Made by a program: the position numbers and the translations under genes
Assembly (NCBI GenBank): GCA_000165425.1
Contig: CT867994.1
Location: 124,001-188,000, forward strand
Direction: 5' to 3'
DNA length: 64,000 nt
Source of the DNA: Paramecium tetraurelia
Lineage: Eukaryota
Notes under the pieces: model-generated
What the model saw: the letters and a program-made list of their open reading frames with translations, nothing else
The model's database searches: none
Told to the model about the DNA's origin: nothing
In this document: in pieces, positions 1-13,512 of the stretch
How positions within the stretch are numbered: position 1 is the stretch's first letter
Layout of the letters: each line of letters starts with the position of its first letter

Positions 1-588
1 TATAGACCAGTTTATCGATTAATCAGAAATAGAATCTGCATCGAGCATTAAAGACTTTGCATCTTGGAATAGAATATTAAGACATAGTTATAGAAGACTT
101 AATTTAGGAACTTGGGAATATTCATGTAGTTTAAAAAAGGAATGGAGAACATTATTCAGGTCTGATTTAATTAATTAATTCTCTTAGTAATAGTTCTGGC
201 AACAATCAAACAGAAGTCTAGAATAGTAGTGGACAATGCAATTTAGAGATAGGCTCTTCATAAAGCATATGTATTGAAATATCTTATTAAATTAGTATCA
301 ACTGAAAATTATACTTAAGATTGTTTTGGAGATCTTTGTAATATGTAATCTAGTGTCGATCTTGGTATTACAGGAAATACAGGAAACAATATTCAAAATG
401 AGGAGAAGAAGAAATAATCATCAATCAACTAATTTGCAAACGAAATAGGTAGCAAGATCGAATGCAGTATCGACATTAATTTGGTTGAGTAAGAATTTGG
501 ATCAAACAATAAATAAAATCAATTTATTTCAAATCTAGATGTTTTGGGAATAAAAGAATGTAAAGAGGAAGTAGAAAATACAATATGA
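1..588 (+). CDS. Hypothetical protein, 5'-truncated by the window edge
   Basis: Open frame in the ciliate code with a 28-nt GT..AG intron at 160-187; ends ...KEEVENTI-TGA (586-588). Confidence 0.6.
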
Positions 589-611
589 TATGATTTATAA
601 TTCATTTTTTC

Positions 612-1370
612 TTCATTTCTTGGTTTGTTACTAAATTAATAATAAATTTGGATTTATACGTTAACGAAGAATTCAGAGAATATTTATTTCATCTAAACTC
701 CTTCTCCAAATCTAGGAGAGATTATAGTGATTGGTTTATTCCTGGGACTGTTCTAATCCAAAGTATTCACAAACCCTTGTGATGAATTAGCCTATTTAAA
801 TATTTTTATGCCATTTTTATTTTACTTTTTTGGTACCTTATCAAATTAAGTTTTCTTTGTCTAAATTTAAAAAATGATTATTACAGGTCTGTATTTTTTA
901 CCAGAAGAGGGTGATAATATTGGATTTCTTGATTGTTAGCAAATTTTGGGTTTCTAATTCGTAGGGGGTGAGACTGATTTTTGGGTGATTTCTGTATGAT
1001 AGGTGCGAATAGATGATTTCCATTCTTTTTCAATTGATTCTCCTCTTGGTTAATACTTTTTCAAATGGAAATCATTTCTGTGCATCATAGTTTCGTAGTT
1101 TTATGGTCCTCTTGAGCTATGGATATTCCTTTTAGGATCACTGATAGTATCGATATAACTATAGATAGTTTTTTTGAGAGAAGTTTTGTGTTGAGATTGA
1201 TTTCCAATCAATGCATTGTTATTAACAAGAACTTTTTAATTCAATAGTTGTGAGCTATTTATTTTATGATGTCCTTTGATTGACTTGCTGGATTCTTAAG
1301 GTTAATGGTTGCAATAAACACTATCAGTGATGTGTTTCAAACCAGAAATGTGAAGTGAATACACTGACAT
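612..1370 (-). CDS. Hypothetical protein
   Basis: ATG at 1370 (MSVYSLHISGLKH...) opens a long frame. Short introns near 861-884 and 631-659 are likely; the 3' exon structure is uncertain. Confidence 0.5.
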
Positions 1371-1390
1371 ATAATTAATATAATAAGTGA

Positions 1391-1951
1391 ATGGATTTTA
1401 AAACTCGATTCTAAGGGAGAACTACTACGATGGATAAAAATGGTGTTATTGGGATAGTATCAAGGGCTTCATAGCCAATCAATAAGTAAAGCGAGGCACC
1501 CCTCATCACAACCAACGTGAATACGTATTAAAATCCTCCATCATACTATTTTCAGAAGTTCCAAAGGAATGCTCAGAAAGTGTTATAATCGGATACGGAT
1601 ATCGATTTAACACCCTCAACGAGATCTGATTATCCATCTTATAAATTTAGACATGACTTCCAAAAATTGAATATGGATGAATATGAGATTGTTGCAATTC
1701 CTAAAAAGGCTTTGGAAGGTGAGAAATATTCAATGACTCACTCCTTTGTTCCACTCATGAATAAGGGAATGGGTTACATGCCGAATTCAAATGTGGCTCA
1801 GAGTTAGCAGCTGATGAAAACTCACTCGAATAACAGCTATTCAAGATAGTTGAAGAATGCGAATCCAATTCAGAATGCAAATCCTTTTATTTAGGCAGGA
1901 TACGGAGCACTGAAACAAAAATAGTTATATTTACAGAATCTAAAAAAGTGA
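1391..1951 (+). CDS. Hypothetical protein (186 aa)
   Basis: Uninterrupted ATG-to-TGA ORF: MDFKTRFQGRTTTMDKNG...YLQNLKK*. Confidence 0.65.
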
Positions 1952-2056
1952 TTTTGACTAAGACTATTTATTGTTATAAATATCAAAATAGTTATAAGTT
2001 ACATATCCTTGTTTTCAATCCTCACTTTTTATATAATTGCATAATATTAATAATTA

Positions 2057-5000
2057 ATGTAATCTGTTGATTTTGCAAAGCAAGTCCTGGGAGAACCGCT
2101 GCGTTGCATTGTCCGAATTAAGCCCCCTTCCAACTTTCAGAAGGAGGACGTGCGAATCAACAATTAACAAATACTACTTACTGACAACAATAGAAGTATT
2201 GCTCATCGTTGATTATTAATCCTCTAGTTTTGGAAGAATTCGAATGTCCTGAAGCTTATGGGCCTGAATTCTCCATGCATCAAATCTACGAGCAGTTCTT
2301 GCAATAATTTACGGGTCCCTTCATCCAAGGATTGAACGTAAACATATTCGCATATGGGTAGTGAAATTAAAAATAAAACTTAGATCTACAGGAGCAGGCA
2401 AAACGTAAACTATTGAAGGGAACAAGAAAGAACATGGACTTATATTGAACTATGCATCCTCAATATTCTCTTTATTAGAAAACAAGAAATTTCATACCAA
2501 TCAATCTTAGGCATCCTAACTTGTCAATTATTCATATGGACTCAGAGCCAGATACGTTGAAATCATAGATGAGGAAGTGTCTGATCTATTTGCCCCTCCC
2601 AATAAACGATTGAATGATCAATTATAAATCTTAGATCATGCATGGGAAGGACCCACAATTGCCAATGCCACTTGGGTGACTGTCAACAATGAAATCCAAT
2701 TATAGGAAGCCCTTAACAGTGGATAAAGAAACCGTAATCAAACTACAAATGAATTTGGTAAAGTGTCTAACAAGTCCACATCCTTCTTTACCCTCGAACT
2801 ACTACAAAGTTCACTCTAAAAAGACACCAATGAACCTTTGATTATGTTATCCAGACTATGTTTCTTTGATTTAGCAGGATCTGAGGTTCTGATTGATGAC
2901 CCAGAAACCATAAGGATTAAACAAGGATCTACTTTGAACAAATCCATAATTTCATTTACTCAATTACTCAAGGAATTGGGATAGCCATAAACTGCAGATC
3001 ATGCTGCTTATGATACTTCTGCTCTAACTTCTATAGTGAAAGAACTAGTTGGTAGTAATTCACTTTCGATTGGCATCTTTTGTGTATAGCATGGAGATCC
3101 GAAAGGAACCAGTTTGACTCTAAACATATACAAATATTGCAAGAATATCAAAAACTTCCCAATAGTCAATGACAGTAAGGTCCTAGGTCTATTGCACAAA
3201 TTTCGATTGGAATGCCAAGCAGCTAGATTGTCTGGGAGAGGTGGTTATGGAGATACTGGAAACAATAAGATGTTGGAGTTGGAGAAGAAATTGATAGAGG
3301 ATAATTTGGATAAAATGAGGAATGCAGATGAAAAACAAAGAATGGCTTAGAAATTATCAACGATGAGGGAGAAGTATAATGAAATTGTGAGATAGAAGGC
3401 AGAATTGTAGTAGGAGTTGATTAGGAGTGAGGAGGAGAAATTAGAAGTCTCTAAGGCTTTGGTGGAGTTACAAATTGAGAATACAAGGTTGATGGAAATT
3501 ATATAGAATGAGAAGTATGATATGAATAATAAATTGTTGAATGCAGAATCAGATCTATTGTCCTTGAATATAAGGGAGGAGAAAGCCTTGAAGTCTATTT
3601 AAGAGTTGTAAGATAATTTAAAAGAAACCAAGGATGACAAGAGAGCCTTGGAGATTGAATTTGTTGCTCTCAAAAAGAATTACATCAATATCTCTACTGC
3701 TTTAGAAACTGAGAAAGCCAAAAGCGAGAACATAGGATTAGAATTAATTAATGTAGTTAATGAAAACAAATCTCTTCATTAAGAATTGAATGATATCTAC
3801 AAGAAATCTGGAAATACAAACGAAGAAAATGCTAGATTTATGAAGAAGTATACTTATCATTTAGTTTAGAATTGAAAAATTAGAGCAAGAAAACCGAGAA
3901 CAGAGAGAAGCTCTCATTTATACCAAGGCTGAAATTGAGAGATTGAAAACTGAAATGCTTAAATACGAAATCCTAGATTAACAACATAGAATTGATCTAG
4001 ATAACAAGAAGTTGGAAATTGAAAAAGGATTTCTTGAAGCAAACAGAGAAAAACAGAATGAAGTATATAAAATGAATAGAGAATAAGATGATGCTGTCAA
4101 AAAAATGAGAGATGAAAAATTACTATGGGAAAGTCAAAAAATGGAATTAACCCATAAAATCAAAAGCATGCAAAGAAGAGTCAATGATGAAGAAGAAAGA
4201 GTTAAGGAACTAGAAAGATAAGTGCAAGAATTACTATCAGAAAACTAAAAAATGGATCTACAAATGAATGAAATGAGATCACTCTATAGAAATAAACTTA
4301 TGCAATTTGCTACAGATGGTAAACCAGATAAAGCAAGTAGAATTGGATATGATTTCAATGCCAGAGAAGATCTCATTAGAACATATACTGAAAAAGAAAT
4401 TGAATTAAATGAAAGATTGGAAAGAGAAAAGAAAAACTCTAAATAAGTTTCATTACAAGTCCGATAACTTAAAAGCTATGCAAGGAATTTAAAATATCTT
4501 TGTGAAGATTGGGCTCCAGTCGGAATTCCTTTACCAGATATACTCACAAAAGATGTTACCTTCTTAGATGATGAAACCTATGGTACTTTATAAGGAGATC
4601 ATATGGCTGAGATTGAAAGATTGAGAATGAGGAATAAAAAGCTGGAAAATGAAGTTAGAATTCTATAGGAAAACATCATGAATGGAGTTGGAGGAGGTAG
4701 TATGGATTTAAGTAAAAGAATATCTAATGAAATGGATATGTTAAAATAAAATAGAAATAAATAATCCATAGATGGAGACTTTTAGATTGATCAGTTGAGA
4801 AAAGAAAGAAACGACTTACAAGAAGAAAATAGAAGATTAGTGACTTTATTGAAAGATAATAAAAAGTGGGATGTTTACATTTTATAAAGAGAAAATGAAA
4901 GGCTAATGAGATAAATGAAAGAATAAGAAGTAGGATTAAATTCAGTTGGACCTATGTCTGGAGAAGCAAAGGGTGCTTAATAAAGGGTATAATATATTCC

Positions 5001-5187
5001 TTATAAATTCTAGTTACAAATGTACGAAAGATCACTCAAACAATTAGAAAAAGAGAGATCTGAACTAATTGTTAGAGCCACAATGGCTGAAGAGTAGCTT
5101 AAAGCATTACAGGAACATTTATCAAAATAAAGCTAAGATTATTAAAGAAAGCTCTTAGAAATTAAAAGAGGTGGTAGCATATTCTGA
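2057..5187 (+). CDS. Divergent kinesin motor domain plus long coiled coil with CCDC78/DUF4472-like segments (~1007 aa)
   Basis: CIVRIKP, P-loop FAYGSTGAGKT, switch II FFDLAGSE and LNKSI. Introns 2196-2227, 2358-2383, 3848-3869 and 4987-5013 give an exact reading frame. Tail motifs EEEKLEVSKALVELQIEN and LEKERSELIVRATMAEEQL. Confidence 0.85.
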
Positions 5188-5746
5188 TCAAATTATAATT
5201 ATTTTATTATAACAAATGAACTTAAATATAAACATTAAGTATAAAAGTAAGTCAATTCTACTTATAATGGCTTAAATTAATAGAATGACTACTTTCCCTC
5301 AAATTCACAATAATTTTATATTTTTCTATTTAATTGATAAATTAGTGATAATTAGTAAATATAATTCTAAGATCAATATTTATATTAAGAAATTGTCTAT
5401 ATAATTTTATGAAGTAATAAGTTAATTAATATTTTTAATTCTGAATTATCAACAAAATATCATAAAAATTTATCATAAATGCTGAATGAAAAATGCAAAG
5501 CTGCTTTTATCAACCTGGAAATTTGATTCATTCTTTTTATGTTAGTCTTTTCGAATAACTTACTAATAGCATTAGCAATATTCTTTCATGATGTTTTTGT
5601 TTTAAATTACTGAATTCATCATATATTGAGTTGCACTATCTTGTCTTTACCCTAAATTACGCATGTATAAACAGAATTATAAAAACTTAAATAAGTAACA
5701 TTAATTTGTATTTGAAATAATATTCATTATCTAAGTCTTTAATAAA

Positions 5747-7979
5747 ATGAGATCTCATAATGAAGATGGTAACTATTTATCTACGATTAGTGTTACACAA
5801 ACTTGAATTCAAGAAAATTATTAAAAATTCTCCTAAAACCAATTTTGAAGAATGCATAAATCCTCCATCTTTAGACGAAAGCTATTTGTTAGTTAAATCC
5901 AACTTACTAGATCTAAATTTCAAAGAAAATAAGGAATAATAATAAATTAATCAATACCTGATTGAGAATTGTGAAAAATGGATCGAAACTTAAGAATCCC
6001 CTTAATAACCAGCATCTCTTAAATAAAAATTTATCAAAGAAAAATTTTCACCGTTTTCTCAACTTATTAAGATACTCATTTTTCTAAAGTATCTGATAGA
6101 TTTTTTTAGCATTTTGCTCAATATTTTTTGTGGAATATGTATCCCTTTCCTTAATCTCATAGAAGACTATGAAAATATTAGAAATACCCTATATTTTCTA
6201 ATATCTTTTCATTTTTTCACCATAATAATTTAAAATCAATTCTCCTACTTATAACTTATCAAAACAAAACAACCATTTTGTGAATAAAAGTTCTGTTTTT
6301 TAAATGAAATTACTCTAAAAAATCTAGCAATTATAATTTTGATGTTAATTTACCTTTTAGAAAAAGTCGATTTGGTGCTTGAAATAATTTCACTGTATTA
6401 TTTTAATTTGGGATATAAAATGGTTGAAATATTTACTATTTGTTTAATTATTTAAAGAAGTAAAATATGAATATTAAATAGATTAGAAAAATTTTATAGA
6501 ACTCTGGGTATTTAGAAAGCAATCGTTTATTATATTTACTTTCTTCATCTGTTTACAAGTTTTTTTCAAAACTCTAAAGGAGATGGAGATTTTTTACTTA
6601 AATATCAAGAATCCTTAATTATCAACATTAACTTTTTGACCTTCTAGGCTAATTATACTGTCTAAGATTCGACATAGAATTTTGATGTAATAATTAATTA
6701 GATTACGGCGTTACTTCTAATGTTTTATGCAATAAATAATTTAATTTAGATTTAATCTTATCAGGGTTGTATTCAAAATTAAATTAAATTTGATATTCAT
6801 GTACTACAATTTTACTTTTGGCACCATAAAGGATAAATCTTAAAAAAATTACGACTTTACTCAGAAATTTCAAATAGAGAAATTAATAAGGAATAAGTAT
6901 TTTTTTATTTTTATATAAGTTGGCATAAAAAGCAATAATTAAAAAAATATATTTGTAAATTTTGAAAGACAATTTGAAGGTTTTAGAATTATTTTCGAAA
7001 TAATTTAAGATATGTTTGTCTTCAAAAGTGTAATCAATTCGAAGAAACAAAGAAAAACTAAAAAAGGATAAAAATGGATTGTATCTAATTTTGAAAGGGA
7101 AGGGATACCAGAATCTCAGAAGAATTTTTAAATGCTAAAAATAAATAGAATCAGAAAAACGTTATTATGGACTAATTAATTGCTTCTAGAAAAACATTTC
7201 TGAAGTTGAATTAGAATTGGATGATCATTTTTTATTGCTATACATTAAGCAAGAAGATTTTTACTCAAGTCTAACTCTCGAATAAGATATTGTATAATAT
7301 TCATCTAAGCTTAGGAATCATATCATCTGATAAAAAATAAAATCATTTTTGAAGGAGAAACAAGTCTATTAGATTATAGATGTTTGATTTGTAATCAATT
7401 TCATTTAGAAGGAAGATGTAAAGTTATAAAATTAGAAGTAAATCTTAATTTGCTTAATGAACTTAACATTCGAATGAAGTTTAAAAATAGATTGATGAAA
7501 AAGAGACAAAGAGCCTTTAAGACTTATGTAAAATTCAATTTGAATAACATTTAGGCGATTCACAAATAGAATGGCGATGCAACTATAGATTGGAGTGAGA
7601 GCAGCGCAAATGATAGTTGTGATTAATTTGAAATACATCCTGAAGATGGCAGCACAAGTCAAAAATTTACAGATAAAAACTCAGTAACAAGTAAAGGAAA
7701 TGTATAATTTTTCTGTTATTTAAAAAGGATGGATTTGCAGATTTTAATAAACTTTATGAAAAATTTCGGAATTGCCACACTTAACAATAGGCATCTAATC
7801 ACTCAAGTTAATATATGGGAGAAATGATTCGATCTGATTTTCGAAGCATTCCTTTACAATCCTCCTAATATAAATTTTAAGAGATATTAGCTGTTGATGA
7901 CATTGATTCTCTAAAAGAGTATGCATATTTTTATCCAGAATTCAACATTAGCTACATCATAAAGCTATTTGAAAATTGA
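5747..7979 (+). CDS. Highly divergent cyclic-nucleotide-binding-homology cation channel family protein (~703 aa)
   Basis: Series of hydrophobic segments, a CNBD-like block (GLYLILKGKG...RYYGL), CLICNQFHLEGRC, and a C-terminal DIDSLKEYAYFYPEFNI motif typical of the expanded ciliate K+/CNG-like family. Introns 5769-5790, 6460-6486, 6897-6919, 7292-7314 and 7702-7727 give an exact frame. Confidence 0.7.
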
Positions 7980-8354
7980 ATTTATTAAATATTCTAATAT
8001 TTCTTTAATATCTTAATATTTTTGTTATATTTTGAATGTAGCTATCTTATTTTTTTGGAAGATTGAATAAAAATGGAAAGAAAGAATGACTTATATTGCA
8101 TTCATATATTTTTAAAGAAAAATTTATCACAAAATCTATTTAATGTTATAGCCATATTTTGATTTTTGCTAATCCAATTCATTTTATTTAAAATAAATGA
8201 AAACTAGTTTAATTCAAAGTAGTAGAATACAACACAATACAATTTGATTCCTTAATTATAGGTTGTATTGGGGTAGTAGTCTTACTCTAATTTGAATAGT
8301 TTGAATTTGTAATTGTAGTTGATACTTTATAAAAAATATTATTTATATTCAGTT

Positions 8355-9999
8355 ATGAAAAAGGAGGATGCTCTAATAGTTTTGAAGAAATATACTAAAT
8401 AGGAGGATTGTCTATTTTGTTAGAAATATGGAAGAGTAACAACAGATAAGATTAATTTTGCACCTCTTCTCAATCGAGTAAGAAGCAATCAAATAGCAAT
8501 TAGGCTTTGTACACGAAATATTCTTAATCTTAATGGAATGGAAAAAAATATGAAGATTTATTTTCTACGAAGCCAGTATCATGGGTCATTCAATTCAAGG
8601 ATCAATTAACATTTGAAGATCTTGATGAATTTCTCAAAAGGTATAAAGAAAAAATATGTGTGTGTTTATTAGGTTTTATCCGAAGAGCGATCATTAATCT
8701 AAATTTGATTAATTGTTAGAATACTACAAGTATCACAAGGATGTTCCTAGGATGTTTTTAACAAGGGTTTCTGATTTGGCAATCTATTTTTACGAGAAGA
8801 AGAAGTAACATATTCTTAGATTAGCACTTTAGATAGATAGAGTATAGAAAGATAAAATTCATGTTGGGCATTCCTGTTGAAGATGCTAGTAATTGTACCT
8901 GTAATCATATAGAAATAATTAGAATATGAGAAATTGAAAGAAGATATCAAAGTATTAAATAGCATAACTCAGCAGACTTAAGTTTCTAGTCTTTCCCTAT
9001 TAAGAGAAATCTTGAAATCTAAGGCCAGCGATGAAATAATTGTAATCGTATCTAAAATATCCTTAGAATATCGATGCCACATGGATGACTATGAATTAGT
9101 AACAGCAGTAAAAGTGTTAACATCCCCCTAATTTAAAATTGCTTAAATAACTAATCTCCAAAAATACTCAATATTACAAAGACAAATAAAATATTTATGT
9201 TGCTGGAATAAGTAAGAAGGCCATTCAAAATTCACCTTAACAAAAAGGGCATCTCAAGACTTTAAGTAAAGAGACATCCCAAAAATCCTTACTTTCCTCC
9301 AATAAAATAATTAACAATAGTAATGGAGATACAGACTTATAGAAATTCTTAAAGCAACAGATTTTAGGTTTCAATCATGCAAATCCATGTATATCTAGTT
9401 CAAAATAATCATCAGCTAAAGCAAATCACATATCCAATTATTAATCTAAACAAAATAGCATTCATTACATTACTAGCACTCGAAGTATATCTTCAGAGTA
9501 ATTAAAATTAATACAATCTTAATAACCATTGAAACAAAGCAATAGTCCTAATTTAGTTATTCCATCACACAAGAAGAGCTAGACATAAACTCATTACACT
9601 GAAATAAATTCACCTAATAAGCATTAGAAATAAGCCTCTATCAAAATGCATACAAATATGGGATAGGATCTTAAATAATAATTAACTCACACAAAATCTC
9701 CTGAAAAACTTTTTAAAATATATACTACCCAATCTTCTGTACCTTTATCAGCAAACATTAATATCAATATTAATCAACTTAATATGAACAATTTAAATCT
9801 TAAGACTCCCTTTTAACAATACAAAGCCATGCTTGACAGTCCCAAAATGAATACTAAATAAAAAACACAATCTAACTTTGAAACTCAACGGATTACTAGT
9901 GCTCAAAAGAGTTCGAGTTCTTAGAAAAAAACCTAAATCTCCGTTTAATAGTTATATGTCTAAAAAATCAAAACTAAAAATAAAACTATGAAAAAATGA
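8355..9999 (+). CDS. Conserved ciliate hypothetical protein (EYYKYHxDxPRxF family)
   Basis: FKDQLTFEDLDEFLKRFY...LLEYYKYHKDVPRMF after removing short introns (e.g. 8641-8672); low-complexity Q/S/N-rich C-terminus; TGA at 9997-9999. Confidence 0.65.
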
Positions 10000-10512
10000 T
10001 TTACTTTTGTAGAATTTAAAAAATAATTAATTTTATTTTTTTTCTTTATATTTATTAAATAATTGGCTCTATCAGTTTATTATATTTGAGGGTCATTTTA
10101 AATCTAAATCAAACATATTTTGAATTTAGAGAGATTCTTAATCTGAAGTTATTTTTCTTATCTAAAATAATCTGATTGATTTTATTCCTCTTTTAGAAAA
10201 AATTATTAATCTCAAAAATATTGATTCATCTTAAACAGCTATAATAATTGGAATACTCATGATGTCCATCCATAAAATCAAATATGAACAGATTAATTAA
10301 GACACTAAAAAAATAATCTATAAATCGGAATTGCAGCTCTAATATCAATTTTATATATTTTAAATAGAATTTAAAAATGTTAAATACTAATAATGGTGAC
10401 AGTATTTATTTAAAAAGTGGCATTTTATAAATATAAGATTTAGAAGAAAATTTAATCTAGATAATATTAGGATTAATACTAAAATTTATAAATAAATGTA
10501 GTATTAAATGTA

Positions 10513-11802
10513 TCACTTCCATACAGGTTTACTGTTGATGATTGATTGTATGAAAGTCTCATCAGTTTTCAATTATCCTGGGGATGGATATCTAAATCCT
10601 TTGGCTTTGTTGGTTTGCATTAATTAGGTCAATTTAGGAGGATTGTTACCTGAGGAATAGAATTAAATGAAAGTACCTTTTACAACAGGTGAGAATTGAC
10701 GATATGGAAAGGGTACTGGTTTAGGTATATTTATGGGAGGTTGAAATTCAGGCTATCTAGAATAGGGAGTATTTATACACATATGCAGATCTAGGTCTGT
10801 CTGTAGGATCTCTTTTTTGTTACTTCAGAGATTGAGATTTTCCTGATTGTTTAAGTTTTTGTTCTTAATGTTTTTTTAGACTATCATTTTATTGTCTTTT
10901 GATAATACTATTATTAGGCTTGATTAATTGATGATTTTCCCTGGAATTCAGAATGGAATTACATTTTTCTAGTTCTTCTTTTAGAGTGACATAATTATTA
11001 ACTGTAACATGATAGATATTTCCATTGATATTATTTTGGCTATTTAATTTAACAGCATGTTTTGGATTTGTCTATTTCATTTTTTTAAATGATTTTTTAG
11101 CAATAGATTCATCTGCCCAAGAAATAGCTCTTATTCTATTTTCATTGAGATATTAATTGAATATTCTTCTATCTAACCAGCAAGAATCAGCTGGACTAGA
11201 CTTTGCATTCATAAATGTATTCCTGAGAAGTTGTTCATCCTCTTCTAGAGGTAGATCCTGCTCTTCATTAGGTTACCATGAACTAGATAGACCTCCGAGT
11301 CCCTTCTTACATAATTTGGATTCCAATTAAGATAATTAATGATAGAAATTCGCCCTAATTTCAAGATCTGGTCTTCTAGAGTTGAGGAATTCCAAAGTCT
11401 TATACAGTTTCCATTTATATTTTCTCATAAAGTAGGCAGTAAGTGCACAACAAGAACGAGATTGTCCTCTTACTGAGTGAACCAGAACAGATTCTCCATT
11501 GTTATGCGCTTATTCAATAAATTGATAGATTTCATTAGCAGTTTCATTTGGAAATAGTATTTACTTATTCATGATATAAAGGATGTACTTGTTCATTCTC
11601 TAGCCAATTAAATTTTAGATAGATAACACCGTAGTTTTCGAATACGCATGGTAGTTGTTTGGCTGCACAGTTAATAATTCGAGTTACTTTGTTCTGGATG
11701 ACAAATTCAAGATCCTTTTAAGTTATGATGATATGCTACTTTAGAGGCTAATTCGTCTCCTATGAATAGACCATCCTTCACTTTAATTGCTCCAATTATC
11801 AT
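10513..11802 (-). CDS. Dual-specificity phosphatase-fold protein with catalytic Cys replaced by Ser
   Basis: IKVKDGLFIGD, KVTRIINCA, GESVLVHSVRGQSRSCC, AYFMRKYKW and RRPDLEIRANFYHQL; ends PVWK*. Confidence 0.85.
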
Positions 11803-11840
11803 TATTTTTTTAATTAGTAATAAATTTTGAAATTTGAAAA

Positions 11841-13494
11841 ATGGAATCGATGCCTAAATTGTCAGAAATTCAAAAAGAATTGCAATTTTACACTAGATTC
11901 TTCTAAGAAAACAAGCTCTATAATTCTAGCAAGTGGACAGGTGAGTTACTATTGGGATTGACTCAAGAAGAAGATTTATAATAATCTTAATTTGCAATGC
12001 AATTTATCCAAAACAATACAGATTACAATTATCATTTCATAAGAGAGTTCGTTCCTGAATACAATGATATCATTTTGGTAGCTAGAAATCTATTTGATTT
12101 AAGAGAGTTCAAGAAATGTGCATCATTATTATAAAATCTAATTCATAAAAATGAATCAGCAATGTTCCTCTATTATTACTCTCAATATATGTATGGAGAG
12201 TTGAGAAAGGAGGAAGAAATGTTTGAGAATGAAAACTCAAAAACAGCCACAAATCCAGAGCTTAAATTATTGGAAAGGGAATTATCAAAACTATATAATC
12301 AAAAGCATTTAAATTCATTGAATCTGTATTTGTATGGACTAATACTAAAGGATACAATGCGATTAAGAGAAGCAAGAGAAGTTTTCATTTAGGTTTTGCA
12401 TTAATTACCATGTTTTTGGAGTGTTTGGTTAGAATTATGTAAATTATTAACAGAAGAAGACACTTTAGACGAATTACCTAATCATTGGATGAAATCCTTT
12501 TGGAGTTCCAACTTTAATTTGGAAAAGTTTAAAAATGCAAATTGCGTTGAATAATTTTAGACATTACTATACTACTTTAGAAATTCAAATTTTATAATAA
12601 ACTAAATTGCTAATGCTTATTATAATAATCAAGAATTTGAATTATCACTTGAATGGTTTGAAAGATTGTTGAGTATTGATCCTTACAGATTTGAGAGTTT
12701 AGATACATATTCGAATATATTGTATATAAAAGAAAATTAAGGTGAATTAGCTAATTTAGCATTATAATCCTTTACTAATAACAAGTATGTACCAGAAACT
12801 TGTTGTGTAGTCGGAAATTATTATTCTCTAATGAATGAACATGCTAAGGCAATTAATTATTTCCAAAGAGCACTCAAATTAGACAAAGATTGTCTGGCAG
12901 CCTGGACTCTGATGGGACATGAGTATTTAGAAATGAAAAACGTTGCTTCTGCCATTTAATCATATAGAAATGCTGTTGAAATTGATCCTAAGGATTTCAG
13001 AGCCTGGTATGGATTGGGTTAAACATATGCTTTATAAGGAATGAATCAATATGCTCTGTATTACTTTAGTAGGGCTGTGATTAGTAGACCGAAGGATGCA
13101 AGAATGTGGAATGCCATGGCAGAATGTTATGACAAGATGGATAAGAAAAATGAATCAATGAAGTGTTACGAAAGGGCTAATCAATGTAAAGATAAGGAGG
13201 GCATTGCTATTCATCAACTGGCAAAGTTGTATGATGCAGTGGTAAGCCTATGCATTTCTTATGGATTAGGGTAAAACAGAGAAGGCTTTGTCAGCCTTTG
13301 AGGAGAGTTTGAGGAGGAAAGATGAGGAATAAATAGTCGACAAAGAGTTGTCAGAATCTTTAGTGTATTTGGCAAGGGCTTTCTTGAGGAGGGGAGATAA
13401 GGAGAGGGCTATGCAGATGGCTAAAAGATTATATGATTTCAATGGGCCAGAGAGAGACGAGGCCAATTTAATAATGAGTTAGTTAAATAAATGA
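11841..13494 (+). CDS. CDC23: Anaphase-promoting complex subunit 8 (TPR protein)
   Basis: [59 protein letters not shown] and [12 protein letters not shown]; intron 13242-13269. Confidence 0.95.
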
Positions 13495-13512
13495 AAATAA
13501 ATATTATTATTC

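Noticed and set aside
5188..5746. Coding-looking fragments upstream of the channel gene
   Set aside because: All three plus-strand frames hit TGA within short distances, and no consistent intron model was found.
6468..6470. In-frame TGA as selenocysteine or proof of a pseudogene
   Set aside because: It lies inside a plausible 27-nt intron, and no SECIS-like element was recognised.
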